Positions 49,461 through 59,728 of a DNA stretch of 64,000 nucleotides are shown in pieces (position 1 is the first letter of the stretch; each line of letters begins with the position of its first letter). The notes below the pieces were generated by a model. That model did not search any database, was not told where the DNA came from, and was given only the letters and a program-made list of their open reading frames with translations. The DNA is from Anaerolineae bacterium (GTDB taxonomy: Bacteria; Chloroflexota; Anaerolineae; UBA1429): contig OY776562.1 of the NCBI GenBank assembly GCA_963675785.1, positions 448,001-512,000 on the forward strand. Direction: 5' to 3'. A program made the translations under genes and the position numbers.

Positions 49461-49835
49461 ATGGCTATTTTGCATTCGCACCATTTTGCACTCAAAACGC
49501 CCAACTATCAGGCACTCAAAACTTTTTACACAGAGACACTCGGTTTTGATATCGTTGGAACCATACCTGGCAAGGATATCGTCTTTATCGATCTGGGCGG
49601 CACAACCATCGAACTGATTTCGACCGATGCAGAACTTTGCCCCAAATGTGCTACGGGACTTGTGCATATGGCTTTTGAGGTAGATGATGTTGATGCGACT
49701 TTTGAAGATCTCAAGTCCAAAGGCGTCGTCTTTCATGTTGCGCCCAAGGGTATGGGTGACATTCGCATGTGCTTTTTCACAGATCCGGATGGTAACGAGT
49801 TAGAACTCTTTAAGAGCCCGTCGCTGGCCTGGTAA
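49461..49835 (+). CDS. VOC/glyoxalase-family protein
   Basis: HHFAL, FYTETLG, IEL, HMAFEVDDVD, DPDGNELE. Confidence 0.9.
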   Translation: MAILHSHHFALKTPNYQALKTFYTETLGFDIVGTIPGKDIVFIDLGGTTIELISTDAELCPKCATGLVHMAFEVDDVDATFEDLKSKGVVFHVAPKGMGDIRMCFFTDPDGNELELFKSPSLAW

Positions 49836-49961
49836 CAGCGTGTTCTAGGCATTGAGGGGCAAGTGTGCTCTACGTGCTTGCCCCTTGTTTACATCTGTCT
49901 TGGCGAGAGTGCTGTGGGCGCACGTTTACATGAGCGTTCGTTGCATATAAAGGGGTAGCAA

Positions 49962-50780
49962 ATGCCGATCCAAAAGGTTTTTTCCCGAGACGCGACCTAC
50001 CAGAAATTCGAGGTTCTAAAAACCAACAGGAACAAACGGCATCGCTATGGCCTGTTCTTTGTCGAAGGTGTTCGGAATATTAATGGGGCTATCAAAAATG
50101 GATGGCACATTGTTTCCTTTGTGTATACACGGCAAGTCAGATTTTCGGATTGGGCCACAGGTCTTTTGGAAAACGTCAAAACCAACATCAACTATGAACT
50201 GCCTGTCGAACTGATGGCTGCTTTGAGTGACAAAACGGATACTTCCGAGCTATTGGCCATTGTCGAGATGCGGGATGATGACCCCTCTCTTTTACGCTTT
50301 TCCAAGAACCCTATTTTGGCGCTGCTGGATAGGCCTTCAAACAAGGGAAACCTGGGCACGATGATCCGTTCCTGCGATGCCCTGGGCGTAGATGCAGTGG
50401 TTATTGCGGGTCATGCCGTTGACCTCTATGATCCCGAAGTCATTGCCGCTTCGACGGGCTCGTTCTTTCGGGTGCCAATTATTCGTATTGCCGAAAACAG
50501 CGCCGTCGAAGCCTTTGTACAAAGAATCAAATCGGAATATCCGGGGTTCAAGACGATTGGTACTACCGCCCATGCCGAACGTCCTATCTCTGATATCGAT
50601 ATGACGGGGCCGGTCATGCTCATGATTGGCAACGAAGCGGTTGGTTTGAGCCAGGCCTTTAAAGAAAGCTGCGATGCCCTGGCAGTGATTCCGATGAGTC
50701 CCGAGTCTTCTGCTACGTCTTTGAACATTAGCTGCGCTGCCAGCATCATGTTTTATGAGGTAAACCGGCAGAGGAGTTAG
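49962..50780 (+). CDS. TrmH/SpoU-family RNA methyltransferase
   Basis: GNLGTMIRS, IGNEAVGLS, SLNISCA. Confidence 0.9.
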   Translation: MPIQKVFSRDATYQKFEVLKTNRNKRHRYGLFFVEGVRNINGAIKNGWHIVSFVYTRQVRFSDWATGLLENVKTNINYELPVELMAALSDKTDTSELLAIVEMRDDDPSLLRFSKNPILALLDRPSNKGNLGTMIRSCDALGVDAVVIAGHAVDLYDPEVIAASTGSFFRVPIIRIAENSAVEAFVQRIKSEYPGFKTIGTTAHAERPISDIDMTGPVMLMIGNEAVGLSQAFKESCDALAVIPMSPESSATSLNISCAASIMFYEVNRQRS

Positions 50781-50871
50781 TAGGTTGGCCAGGCCGAATG
50801 GCTGGGAGGCGACAAAAAGCCGCAAGTTTCTGACTTGCGGCTTTAATGTTGGACTTGTACGCGTTTGTTTT

Positions 50872-51711
50872 CTAGATGCTTGCTGGCCAGATACGATCCA
50901 GAGAAAGGGCCGTTTCTTTGACGGCTTGCTCAGGGGCCATGCCCTTGAGCCGTTTGCAGAAAGGTTCGACCACCACGGGACCGCTATAGTCCATCTCGAC
51001 CAGGGCCCCCATGAATGTGCCAAAATCAATGATGCCGGATTCGCCTGGCATGGTGCGCACCAGGTCCTCCTGCTCTTCGCGAGAGACGCCGGCGATGGCA
51101 TCGTTCACGTGCACCAGCACTACCAGATTATCATTGAGCAGGCTCAGATCAGCGGCAGTTCCGGCCGAGGTATACCAGTGGAAAGCATCCAGTAAAAAGC
51201 CCAGGTTGGGCATATCCACTGCCTCAATGACCGAAAGCATACCCTTGATGTCATAGACAAAGGGATTGGGATTGGCCTTGCGGAGCGTTTCTGGGCCGAT
51301 GAATTCGAGGCCAAAGTGCAGATCATACTTGGCCAATACCTCACAGATGCGGTGCATCCGTGGCACGAGCTGCTCAAAGCGTTCTTTGTAGGCCAGTGTC
51401 TCATGGAAGGGTCTGATCCATGTCACCACACGCGTGCCGCCAGCCGCAGCAAAGCACTCGGCGTATTCCGGTAGCTTGGCCATGGTTGTCTCAAAGGCCT
51501 CAGCGCTATGGTCATAGTCGACGGGCATGGAAGTAACCCCAGCCTTGAGGCCGTATCTTCCCAAAATCCGGAGGATTTTCTCGACCCCTAGCTGCTCCAT
51601 GTCCTCAGCCTCTAGTGAGAGAGCATGAAAGCCATAGGCAGCAGCAAGCTCGGCAGCCTTTTCAAAGGAAACATCCACGTTGATAGGACCAGTTGCGAGT
51701 TCTCGATACAC
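50872..51711 (-). CDS. Sugar phosphate isomerase/epimerase (xylose isomerase-like TIM barrel)
   Basis: GLEF, LDAFHW, VHVND, VEPF metal ligands. Confidence 0.85.
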   Translation of the reverse strand: MYRELATGPINVDVSFEKAAELAAAYGFHALSLEAEDMEQLGVEKILRILGRYGLKAGVTSMPVDYDHSAEAFETTMAKLPEYAECFAAAGGTRVVTWIRPFHETLAYKERFEQLVPRMHRICEVLAKYDLHFGLEFIGPETLRKANPNPFVYDIKGMLSVIEAVDMPNLGFLLDAFHWYTSAGTAADLSLLNDNLVVLVHVNDAIAGVSREEQEDLVRTMPGESGIIDFGTFMGALVEMDYSGPVVVEPFCKRLKGMAPEQAVKETALSLDRIWPASI

Positions 51712-51741
51712 GTGTCACCTCCCGGTTAAGAGCCCAATGTA

Positions 51742-53349
51742 CTAGGACTTGCGCAACACCGATATGGCCAGATTATCCGCGTGGTCACAGATGCGTTCCA
51801 GGTTGCGCAGGGTTTCAATGAACAAGGCGCTACTTTCAGGTGAGCAGTCTCCGGCTTTGAGCCGCTCGAGATGCTCGGATCGAACCTCCAAATTGAGGTG
51901 ATCCATATCATCTTCCAACATACACGCTTTTTCGGCTAGTACGGGATCCTGGGCCTTGTATGCTGCCAGAGCTGTCCTCAGGGTGAGTTCGGCATGATCG
52001 AATACACGCTCAAGGCCCTGCATGGCTTCTTCGCTAAAGCCAGCATGATGGTTGGTTACATCCTGTGCGGCTTCTGCCAGGTTTTCTGTGTGATCTCCCA
52101 CGCGCTCGAGGTCCACATTGGCATTCTTGATTTGAAAACACAGCTTACGCTCATTCGCATTGAGGTCCTCATTGATGAGGTTATCTACAAAGTTCTCGAT
52201 GAGGTTACAAAGGGGGTCGATCGTCTCAGATTCGGTGACAAGAACCCGTTCGGCTTGTTCAAGGTCGCCGTTCAAAAGGGCCTGTTTACTCTCTGCGAGC
52301 ATATCTGCCACCAGTTCGCCCATACGGACGACCTCATTCTGTGCCTGGCTGATACCGAACGAAGGAAGTGACTTGAGGTTCTCGTCGATATACTCGGCCA
52401 CAGATTCTTCTTCGAGTTCTGGCTTGTCAGGGACGATGCGCTCAGTCAAGCGCACAATGGATTTAACAAAGGGGAACAATGCTACGCTGACGAGGACGTT
52501 AAACACAGTGTGCGAGTTGGCGATCTGCCGGGCCAAAGAGCCGCTTGTTTGAGCTAGTAATTCCGAATAAGGCGTGATAAAAGGGATAAATATCAGAACG
52601 CCCGCTACGTTAATGAGGATTTGAGCAATTGAGGCACGTCGTGCGGTTGGCGTAGCCCCCAATGAGGCGATGAACCCCGTGACACAGGTGCCAATGTTGG
52701 CCCCGAGGATGATGCCGACAGCGCCGGGCAAGGCGATGATGCCTTCTGCACCCATGGCGATTACCAAGGCTGTAGTGGCAGAGCTGCTCTGAATGACTGC
52801 TGTCAGTATGGTTCCTGCCAGTACACCAAGCAGGGGGTTTCTCGCCATGCTGGCTAAAAAGTTCTGGGCAACCGCAAGTTCAGTGAGTTGCCTGAGCGTG
52901 CCGGACATGGTTTCCATACCCACAAAGAGAATACCAAAGCCAATGGCGATCTGAGCGTAGGTCTTGGTTTTGCGATTGTTACCGAATTCAAGTAGCACAA
53001 TACCGCCTGCTAAGGCGATCCACTTGATGATGCCAATGTCAAAGGCGATTAGCTGCCCTGTAAAAGTCGTACCGATCTCTTGGCCGAGCATGACGCCTAC
53101 GGCCTGTTCCAACGAGAGCAAACCACCATTGATCAAACCGATCATGGTGACCATAAGGAGGCTGCTGCTCTGCAGAACAGCCGTCGCCCCGGCGCCAAAC
53201 AGTGCACCCTTGATGGGGCGATTGGTGGCCTTGTCTAACCATTGCTGGAGCTTGCTGCCTGCAAGCTGCTCCATACCTCCAGAGAGAACACGAATACCGT
53301 ATAAGAAGAGGGCCAATCCTCCACAGATGGTTAATATTGTTGTTATCAT
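51742..53349 (-). CDS. Na/Pi cotransporter family protein with PhoU domains
   Basis: Two QSSS repeats, GANIGT, LERVGDH/LERICDH. Confidence 0.93.
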   Translation of the reverse strand: MITTILTICGGLALFLYGIRVLSGGMEQLAGSKLQQWLDKATNRPIKGALFGAGATAVLQSSSLLMVTMIGLINGGLLSLEQAVGVMLGQEIGTTFTGQLIAFDIGIIKWIALAGGIVLLEFGNNRKTKTYAQIAIGFGILFVGMETMSGTLRQLTELAVAQNFLASMARNPLLGVLAGTILTAVIQSSSATTALVIAMGAEGIIALPGAVGIILGANIGTCVTGFIASLGATPTARRASIAQILINVAGVLIFIPFITPYSELLAQTSGSLARQIANSHTVFNVLVSVALFPFVKSIVRLTERIVPDKPELEEESVAEYIDENLKSLPSFGISQAQNEVVRMGELVADMLAESKQALLNGDLEQAERVLVTESETIDPLCNLIENFVDNLINEDLNANERKLCFQIKNANVDLERVGDHTENLAEAAQDVTNHHAGFSEEAMQGLERVFDHAELTLRTALAAYKAQDPVLAEKACMLEDDMDHLNLEVRSEHLERLKAGDCSPESSALFIETLRNLERICDHADNLAISVLRKS

Positions 53350-53404
53350 ATAATCCTGTAAATCCAGTCTGATAGGCTAGTGAGTAAGAAATTCTGTTTT
53401 AGAA

Positions 53405-54139
53405 TTAGTCGCAAGAGCGCGCCATTTGCTTTTGAGCCCAGTACACATTGGTTCGAAATAGGCTGTCAAAAGTGCCAGCATCGGACCAAAAGCCATCCAG
53501 TTCAGTCCAGCGCAATTGACCATCAGCAATGTAACGGTTGTTGACATCCGTTATCTCAAGCTCGCCGCGAGCTGAGGGTTCGAGTGTCTCAATGTGTTCA
53601 AAAACTTGGGCATCATAGAGATATAAACCAGTGACGGCATAGTTGCTCTGGGGGTGCGTGGGCTTTTCTTCGATGGCAATGATTCGCGAGGGATCTTGGG
53701 GGTCAAAAACAGGTACACCAAATCGTTCAGGATCAGGAACCGTCTTGAGGAATACCGTCGCGCCGCTTTTGAAGGATTCTACTGCTGGGCGGATATTGGC
53801 ATCGGTGGTGTTGTCGCCCAGAATGACAGCGATGCTGTCGCCATCCGAAAAATCGTGACAAAGGCTCAGTGCTTCAGCGATGCCGCCCTCATGTTCTTGA
53901 TAGGCATATTCGAGGTGGGTGACACCCAAATGCTTGCCGTTCTTCAGGACACGAATAAAATCACCGGCATAAGGCCCGCCTGTTACCACAATGATCTCTG
54001 TAACGCCAGCCTGCACAAGTGTATCGATAGGATAGTAAACCATGGGGCGATCGTATACCGGAAGCAAGTGCTTGTTTGTGGCATGGGTGAGTGGATATAA
54101 TCTGGAGCCGAGCCCACCGGCCAAAACGATGCCTTTCAT
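53405..54139 (-). CDS. Glucose-1-phosphate thymidylyltransferase family (short form)
   Basis: MKGIVLAGGLGSRL, KHLLPVYDRPM, SARGELEITD, WSDAGT. Confidence 0.9.
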   Translation of the reverse strand: MKGIVLAGGLGSRLYPLTHATNKHLLPVYDRPMVYYPIDTLVQAGVTEIIVVTGGPYAGDFIRVLKNGKHLGVTHLEYAYQEHEGGIAEALSLCHDFSDGDSIAVILGDNTTDANIRPAVESFKSGATVFLKTVPDPERFGVPVFDPQDPSRIIAIEEKPTHPQSNYAVTGLYLYDAQVFEHIETLEPSARGELEITDVNNRYIADGQLRWTELDGFWSDAGTFDSLFRTNVYWAQKQMARSCD

Positions 54140-54371
54140 TTGGTTCTCCTTATTCATTCGGACACTGGTGCAAACCAGACGCCACGTCACTATTGGACGT
54201 TCCGCCGCAGCATGGCATTTCCCGCCGCAAGTATAATAGCGAGTCCTGCACACCTTGTCGAATGACAGCATTATGAATTTTCAGTTGGGTAGGCTTTGCG
54301 CTCGTATGGCGATGTGATAGAATGCAGGTTGAATGGTAAAAGCTGCAAGCCCTAGTAGGTGAGGAACGCAG

Positions 54372-55547
54372 ATGAACAAAAAGAACGTACGTGACATCGT
54401 TTGGACTGGCAAGAAAGCGCTTGTGCGCTGTGATTTTAACGTGCCCCTCGATGACGATCGTAACATCACCGACGACACCCGCATTCGTGCGGCTATACCC
54501 ACCATCAAGTACCTTCTCGAGAATGGTGCCGCGGTGATTCTATGCTCGCATTTGGGTCGCCCCAAGGGCAAATTCAACGATGCTTTGCGATTGGATCCCG
54601 TGGCTGCTCGTTTGCGCGAGCTGCTTGGTGTGGATGTCATCAAAATGAACGATGTCATCGGTGATGAGGTATCTGCTGCTGCTGCCGCGCTCAAGCCCGG
54701 CCAGGTGATGCTGCTAGAGAATACCCGCTTTTACGCTGAGGAAGAGAAGAACGATCCCGAGTTCGCCAAGAAGTTGGCTTCCCTCGCTGATGTATTCGTG
54801 AACGATGCTTTTGGTACAGCCCACCGTGCCCATGCTTCAACGGCTGGCGTGGCTGACTATATGCCCGCAGTGGCCGGATTCCTGTTGGATAAGGAAATCG
54901 CCTTTTTGGGGTCGGCAGTGGAGAGTCCTGTACGCCCGTTTGTGGCTATTCTGGGTGGAGCCAAGATTTCGGACAAAATCGGCGTGGTCAAGAACTTGCT
55001 TGCCAAAGCTGACAAGGTGCTGATTGGCGGCGGTATGGCCAATACCTTCCTCAAGGCCAAGGGCTATGAGTTGGGCGATTCTCTGGTGGAAGAAGGCAGC
55101 GTTGCCCTGGCTGCTGAACTGTTGGCCAATGCAGGTGGTAAGTTGCTTATTCCGGTGGATGCCGTGGTCGCAGATGCTTTTTCAGCCGATGCCAACACCA
55201 AGATTGTGGATGCTGACGCCGTAGAACCGGGATGGCGTATTCTCGATATCGGCCCCAAGTCGGTCAAGCTCTTTAGTGAAGCCATTGCCGATGCCAAGAC
55301 GGTTGTCTGGAATGGCCCGATGGGCGTGTTCGAGATGGCCCCCTTTGCTGAGGGCACCTTTGCTGTGGCCCGTGCACTGGCAGATTCTGGCGCAACCTCC
55401 ATCATTGGTGGTGGCGATTCGGTGGCTGCCGTGAACAAGGCTGGCCTGGAAGATAAGATCACGCATATTTCTACCGGTGGTGGTGCCTCGCTCGAGTATC
55501 TCGAAGGCATCGAACTTCCGGGCATTGCTGTTTTGGATGACAAATAG
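54372..55547 (+). CDS. pgk: Phosphoglycerate kinase
   Basis: [30 protein letters not shown]. Confidence 0.99.
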   Translation: MNKKNVRDIVWTGKKALVRCDFNVPLDDDRNITDDTRIRAAIPTIKYLLENGAAVILCSHLGRPKGKFNDALRLDPVAARLRELLGVDVIKMNDVIGDEVSAAAAALKPGQVMLLENTRFYAEEEKNDPEFAKKLASLADVFVNDAFGTAHRAHASTAGVADYMPAVAGFLLDKEIAFLGSAVESPVRPFVAILGGAKISDKIGVVKNLLAKADKVLIGGGMANTFLKAKGYELGDSLVEEGSVALAAELLANAGGKLLIPVDAVVADAFSADANTKIVDADAVEPGWRILDIGPKSVKLFSEAIADAKTVVWNGPMGVFEMAPFAEGTFAVARALADSGATSIIGGGDSVAAVNKAGLEDKITHISTGGGASLEYLEGIELPGIAVLDDK

Positions 55548-55574
55548 AGCTAGATACGCAAAATCGAGGAACAC

Positions 55575-56558
55575 ATGAGCGAGGGAATACGCAGAATTGG
55601 CGTATTGACAAGCGGTGGCGACAGCCCCGGCTATAACGCCTGCATCCGATCAGTGGTTCGTATGTCGATCCACTATGGTTGGGAGCCCTATGGCATTCGC
55701 AATGGTTTTAATGGCCTGGTGGCGGGTGATATGGAGGCGATGACTTCGCGGTCGGTCAGCGGCATTATCGGGCGCGGCGGAACCATTCTGGGGGCGTCGA
55801 GATCGTCCACATTCCAAACAGAGCGAGGCATTCGCGAGGCCCTGCGGCATCTCAATGAAGAAGGTCTTGATGCGCTTGTTGTAGTTGGTGGCGACGGAAC
55901 CATGCGCGGCGCTGCCGCACTGGCGGATGCGGGCGTCCCTGTTGTGGGTGTTCCTGGTACGATAGAAAACGATGTTTGCGGGACCGATATCGCAGTAGGC
56001 GTTGATACGGCCATGAATACGGCTATCGACGCCATCGATCGGATCAAGGACACGGCTTCGTCTCAGGAGCAGACTTTTCTCGTTGAGGTAATGGGCGAAA
56101 AATGCGGCTATCTGGCTTTGATGGTGGGGATTGCAGGCGGCGCCGAGTTCGTCTGTGTGCCCGAAGTTGCTACCAATATGGAAGAGCTGATCAGTAATGT
56201 GGCCGATGCCTATGTGCGCGGCAAGAAGAACTGTATCATCACCGTTGCTGAAGGCGCAAAACCCAACGCCCGCGAGATTGCCGACTATTTGCAGGCGAAC
56301 GAGGACAAAACGGGTTTTGGGGTGCGGCTTTGCATCTTGGGGCATATCCTAAGGGGCGGTTCTCCCTCAGCGGCTGACCGGTTCCTGGGGACGCGCTTGG
56401 GCGCAGAGGCCGTGCGCTTGCTGCATGAAGGGCAATCCCGCGTGATGGTTGGCATTCAGCATGAAAAGATGGTGCCTGTGCCGATTGACGAGGCTGTTAG
56501 CTGTACCCGCCAGATCGAAGATTACTACTTTGAACTTGCACGGGTTATGGCTCGCTAG
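55575..56558 (+). CDS. pfkA: ATP-type 6-phosphofructokinase family protein with atypical active site
   Basis: TSGGDSPG, GGDG, PGTIEND, EVMGE, LGHILRGG. Confidence 0.85.
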   Translation: MSEGIRRIGVLTSGGDSPGYNACIRSVVRMSIHYGWEPYGIRNGFNGLVAGDMEAMTSRSVSGIIGRGGTILGASRSSTFQTERGIREALRHLNEEGLDALVVVGGDGTMRGAAALADAGVPVVGVPGTIENDVCGTDIAVGVDTAMNTAIDAIDRIKDTASSQEQTFLVEVMGEKCGYLALMVGIAGGAEFVCVPEVATNMEELISNVADAYVRGKKNCIITVAEGAKPNAREIADYLQANEDKTGFGVRLCILGHILRGGSPSAADRFLGTRLGAEAVRLLHEGQSRVMVGIQHEKMVPVPIDEAVSCTRQIEDYYFELARVMAR

Positions 56559-56569
56559 TTACATACAAC

Positions 56570-56597
56570 AAGAGGGCCCTTTTTGAGGGCCCTCTTT
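56570..56597. terminator. Terminator between convergent pfkA and gpmA
   Basis: AAGAGGGCCCT/AGGGCCCTCTT. Confidence 0.75.
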
Positions 56598-56612
56598 GCT
56601 TTTTCTCTCTTA

Positions 56613-57365
56613 CTACTTGGCCTTGGCCTGATTGGCTACGGCAGCTGCTTTGGCAGCGATTTCGTCCGCATCACCGAGATAGTAATGCTTGATGGGTTTG
56701 AGCTCATCGTCCAATTCGTAGACGAGGGGCACGCCGGTCGGGATGTTCAGCGTCGGAATCTCTTCATCCGAGATGTTATCAAGATACTTGACCAGGGCGC
56801 GCAGGCTGTTGCCATGGGCGGCAATGATTACGCGTTTGCCGGCTTTAACTTGGGGGGCGATGACGCCGTGCCAGTAGGGCAGCATGCGATCTACGGTATC
56901 CTTTAGGCACTCGGTGCCAGGGATGTCTTTGGGATCCATATCAGCGTAGCGGCGGTCGTGAATAGGATGACGCTCATCATCCAGTTCCAACGCTGGCGGC
57001 CTGATATCATAGCTGCGGCGCCAGATGTACACCTGATCCTCACCATGCCGCTCGGTGGTTTCGGCCTTGTTGAGGCCCTGGAGTGCTCCATAGTGTCGCT
57101 CGTTCAGGCGCCAAGAACGCTCTACAGGGATCCACATCAGGTCCATTTCGTCCATGGTCAACCAAAGCGTGCGGATAGCGCGCTTGAGTACCGAAGTGTA
57201 GGCGCAATCAAAGGTAAAACCTTCTGCTTTGAGCAGTTTTCCAGCGCCTCGCGCTTCGGCCAGTCCTTTTTCAGAAAGATCTACATCGGTCCAACCAGTA
57301 AAGCGGTTGGCGAGGTTCCATTCGCTCTCACCATGTCTGAGAAGTACAAGCTTGTGCATTGTCAC
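56613..57365 (-). CDS. gpmA: 2,3-BPG-dependent phosphoglycerate mutase
   Basis: [28 protein letters not shown]. Confidence 0.98.
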   Translation of the reverse strand: MTMHKLVLLRHGESEWNLANRFTGWTDVDLSEKGLAEARGAGKLLKAEGFTFDCAYTSVLKRAIRTLWLTMDEMDLMWIPVERSWRLNERHYGALQGLNKAETTERHGEDQVYIWRRSYDIRPPALELDDERHPIHDRRYADMDPKDIPGTECLKDTVDRMLPYWHGVIAPQVKAGKRVIIAAHGNSLRALVKYLDNISDEEIPTLNIPTGVPLVYELDDELKPIKHYYLGDADEIAAKAAAVANQAKAK

Positions 57366-57512
57366 GCTCCAATTGCTTATGCTATTCTAGGTTATTCTGC
57401 ATCAGGTGCTGAACATCGTCAAGTGTGCACCAGATTGGCGTAAAACAAGATCAGATATGCTTACAGTCAAGCGCCTGGAACATTCGCGTCTCTATGTATT
57501 GTAGGACAAGAA

Positions 57513-58694
57513 ATGAAAGAACAAATTCACCGCATTGTGCAAGAGAACGCCGGACACATCATTGATTTTTGTCAGCGGCTGATATGTACGCCCAGTCTTT
57601 CGGGCCAGGAAGGTGCCGCAGCTCGGCTAGTTGTGGAAGAGATGCGCAATCTGGGGTATGACAGTGTTGAGATTGATGCTTGCGGTAATGTCCTTGGCAC
57701 TGTAAACGGGCAGGGCGGCAAAAGAGTTGTGTTCAACGGTCATATGGATATCGTTGCCGTGGGCGATGCTGCCCGCTGGAAACACACTCCTTTTGGTGCC
57801 GAGATCGTTGATGGTTGGATGTGGGGCCGAGGAACCAGCGATATGAAGGCGGGACTGGCCGCGCAGATCTATGCGGCGGCTTTGCTCAAATCGTCTGGTC
57901 TACCCTTTGCTGGTGAGATTGTGGCTACGGCCGCTGTCAATGAAGAGGTAGGCGGCCTGGGGTCTCGGATTATGAGCGGAGAGCTCACGGCAGATGTGGT
58001 TATCATTGGCGAGGCCTCGAATAACATGCTGATGCGCGGCCATCGCGGTCGCTACGAGATATTGGTTACCTTTAGAGGTGTTCCGGCTCATGCCAGTGCA
58101 CCACAGTTGGGCGTGAACCCCCACTATGCCATGTCTCGCTTTCTGCTCCAGCTGGTCGAATTGGAGATGTGCCAGGAGTCCGTCCTTGGGAATAGCACCG
58201 TATCACCAACTCTGATGCAGGTTCCCGGTAGTAACGCTAACGTGATTCCAGAGAGCGTGACGGTGCACCTGGATTGGCGTCCTGTGCCAACAGATGTGCT
58301 GGAAGGTGTGCTAGCGCGACTGCGTGATCTTGCTGCTGCGTGTTGTGATGCGGGCGGAAGCTATGATGTGCGCATTCGCCAAGAAGAGATCGAGACTTAT
58401 ACCGGCTACAAGGCCGCTCAACCGGCTGTGTTGGCGGGTTTTCTGCAGGATGCTGCCAGCCCCATGGTGCAGCGGGCACATTTGGCTCTAGAAACACAGC
58501 TCGATCGGACGGTTGATATCGGCGTGTGGCACTTTGCCACCGATGGCAGCCACTTTGCGAGTGCGGGTATGCCCTGCCTAGGTTTTGGCCCGGGGGACCC
58601 GCGGCAAGCGCACATGATCGATGAGCGGATTGAGGTGCGTGAAATACTGGAGGCCGTAGAGGGCTATATGGCACTGGCGCTCGCTCTGGGATGA
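57513..58694 (+). CDS. M20/ArgE/DapE-family metallohydrolase (YgeY-like)
   Basis: GHMDIV, GRGTSDMK, NEE, HAS, ATDG, AHMIDE. Confidence 0.9.
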   Translation: MKEQIHRIVQENAGHIIDFCQRLICTPSLSGQEGAAARLVVEEMRNLGYDSVEIDACGNVLGTVNGQGGKRVVFNGHMDIVAVGDAARWKHTPFGAEIVDGWMWGRGTSDMKAGLAAQIYAAALLKSSGLPFAGEIVATAAVNEEVGGLGSRIMSGELTADVVIIGEASNNMLMRGHRGRYEILVTFRGVPAHASAPQLGVNPHYAMSRFLLQLVELEMCQESVLGNSTVSPTLMQVPGSNANVIPESVTVHLDWRPVPTDVLEGVLARLRDLAAACCDAGGSYDVRIRQEEIETYTGYKAAQPAVLAGFLQDAASPMVQRAHLALETQLDRTVDIGVWHFATDGSHFASAGMPCLGFGPGDPRQAHMIDERIEVREILEAVEGYMALALALG

Positions 58695-58751
58695 TTTGGC
58701 GACCTGCTCACCGTTGCTATAATGCCAAGACACTAAGTTTTTGGAGGGGCC

Positions 58752-59444
58752 ATGAGCATCGACGATCAAAAACGCATTGCCGGATATCAGGCTGCCGAGT
58801 ACGTCAAAAGCGGCATGGTTGTTGGTCTGGGGAGCGGGTCGACGGCGCGTTTTGCGACCCTACGAATTGGCGAATTGCTCGAGCAGGGCAGGCTACGGGA
58901 AATTGTCGCTATAGCGACATCTAACGAGACGGCCGATTTGGCACAGGAGCTTGGCATTCCTCTCTCTGACCTGGATGAATACACCCGTATCGATGTAACC
59001 ATCGACGGTGCGGACGAAGTCGATCCTAATCTGGACCTCATCAAGGGATTGGGGGGGTTCCTTCTTTGGGAAAAGATTGTGGCCAGCGCAACGGAAACAG
59101 AGATTATTGTCATTGATGACCGCAAGATTGTTGATCGACTTGGAACCAGGGCTCCAGTACCCACCGAAGTCATCAAAAAGGGTTGGAAACTAGCCAGCAG
59201 GAATCTTGAGAAGACTGGTGCTCGGCCCATCATGCGTATGCAAGATGGGCGGCCTTTTATCACTGATGAGGGCAACTATGTGCTCGATTGTTGGTATGAT
59301 GGCGGCATTGAGAATGCCAGAGAACTGAGTCGGGTCATCAACGATATCCCCGGTGTTGTAGAAAACGGCCTCTTTTTAGGCATTGCGCGCCGCGTTATCG
59401 TCGCTTCCGAAACTGGCGTGCGAATTCTGGAGCGAAATTGCTAA
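58752..59444 (+). CDS. rpiA: Ribose-5-phosphate isomerase A
   Basis: GLGSGST, DGADEVD, KGLGG, TDEGN, GVVENGLF. Confidence 0.97.
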   Translation: MSIDDQKRIAGYQAAEYVKSGMVVGLGSGSTARFATLRIGELLEQGRLREIVAIATSNETADLAQELGIPLSDLDEYTRIDVTIDGADEVDPNLDLIKGLGGFLLWEKIVASATETEIIVIDDRKIVDRLGTRAPVPTEVIKKGWKLASRNLEKTGARPIMRMQDGRPFITDEGNYVLDCWYDGGIENARELSRVINDIPGVVENGLFLGIARRVIVASETGVRILERNC

Positions 59445-59451
59445 TTGCTGC

Positions 59452-59480
59452 TTGACAGTCGGCTGCGGACCCTGTATATT
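59452..59480 (+). promoter_or_regulatory. Sigma70 promoter
   Basis: TTGACA-17bp-TATATT. Confidence 0.8.
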
Positions 59481-59588
59481 ACCATCCCAGTGGGTTGGGG
59501 TGTCGGGAGAAAGACGTGTATCGTACTTGTGCTGCACTCGACAAGCTGGGCATAATTGAGGGACGCTTCGGGCGTCACTATTGTTGTT

Positions 59589-59618
59589 AAAGAGGACTCT
59601 AAGAGTCCTCTTTTTTTT
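59589..59618 (+). terminator. Intrinsic terminator/attenuator upstream of the permease
   Basis: AAAGAGGACTC/GAGTCCTCTTT followed by T run. Confidence 0.85.
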
Positions 59619-59728
59619 GCCTGGTTTTTGAATCGTCTTTCCCTTGCCTCATAAGCCGGCCAGTGTGGGCCAAAGGAACAGCATTGCTGCTGCCAAGATC
59701 ATCTTTTTCTCACCAGGGAGGAAACAAG

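Noticed and set aside
59497-59565. TPP or ZTP riboswitch
   Set aside because: GGGGTG and CTGGGCA fragments are present but the core CUGAGA/ACCUGA or GACUG elements are missing
59646-59677. PyrR-binding-loop-like hairpin (GGCC-AGTGTG-GGCC...AAAGG)
   Set aside because: Only loose resemblance to ARUCCNGNGAGGYU, and it lies downstream of the terminator
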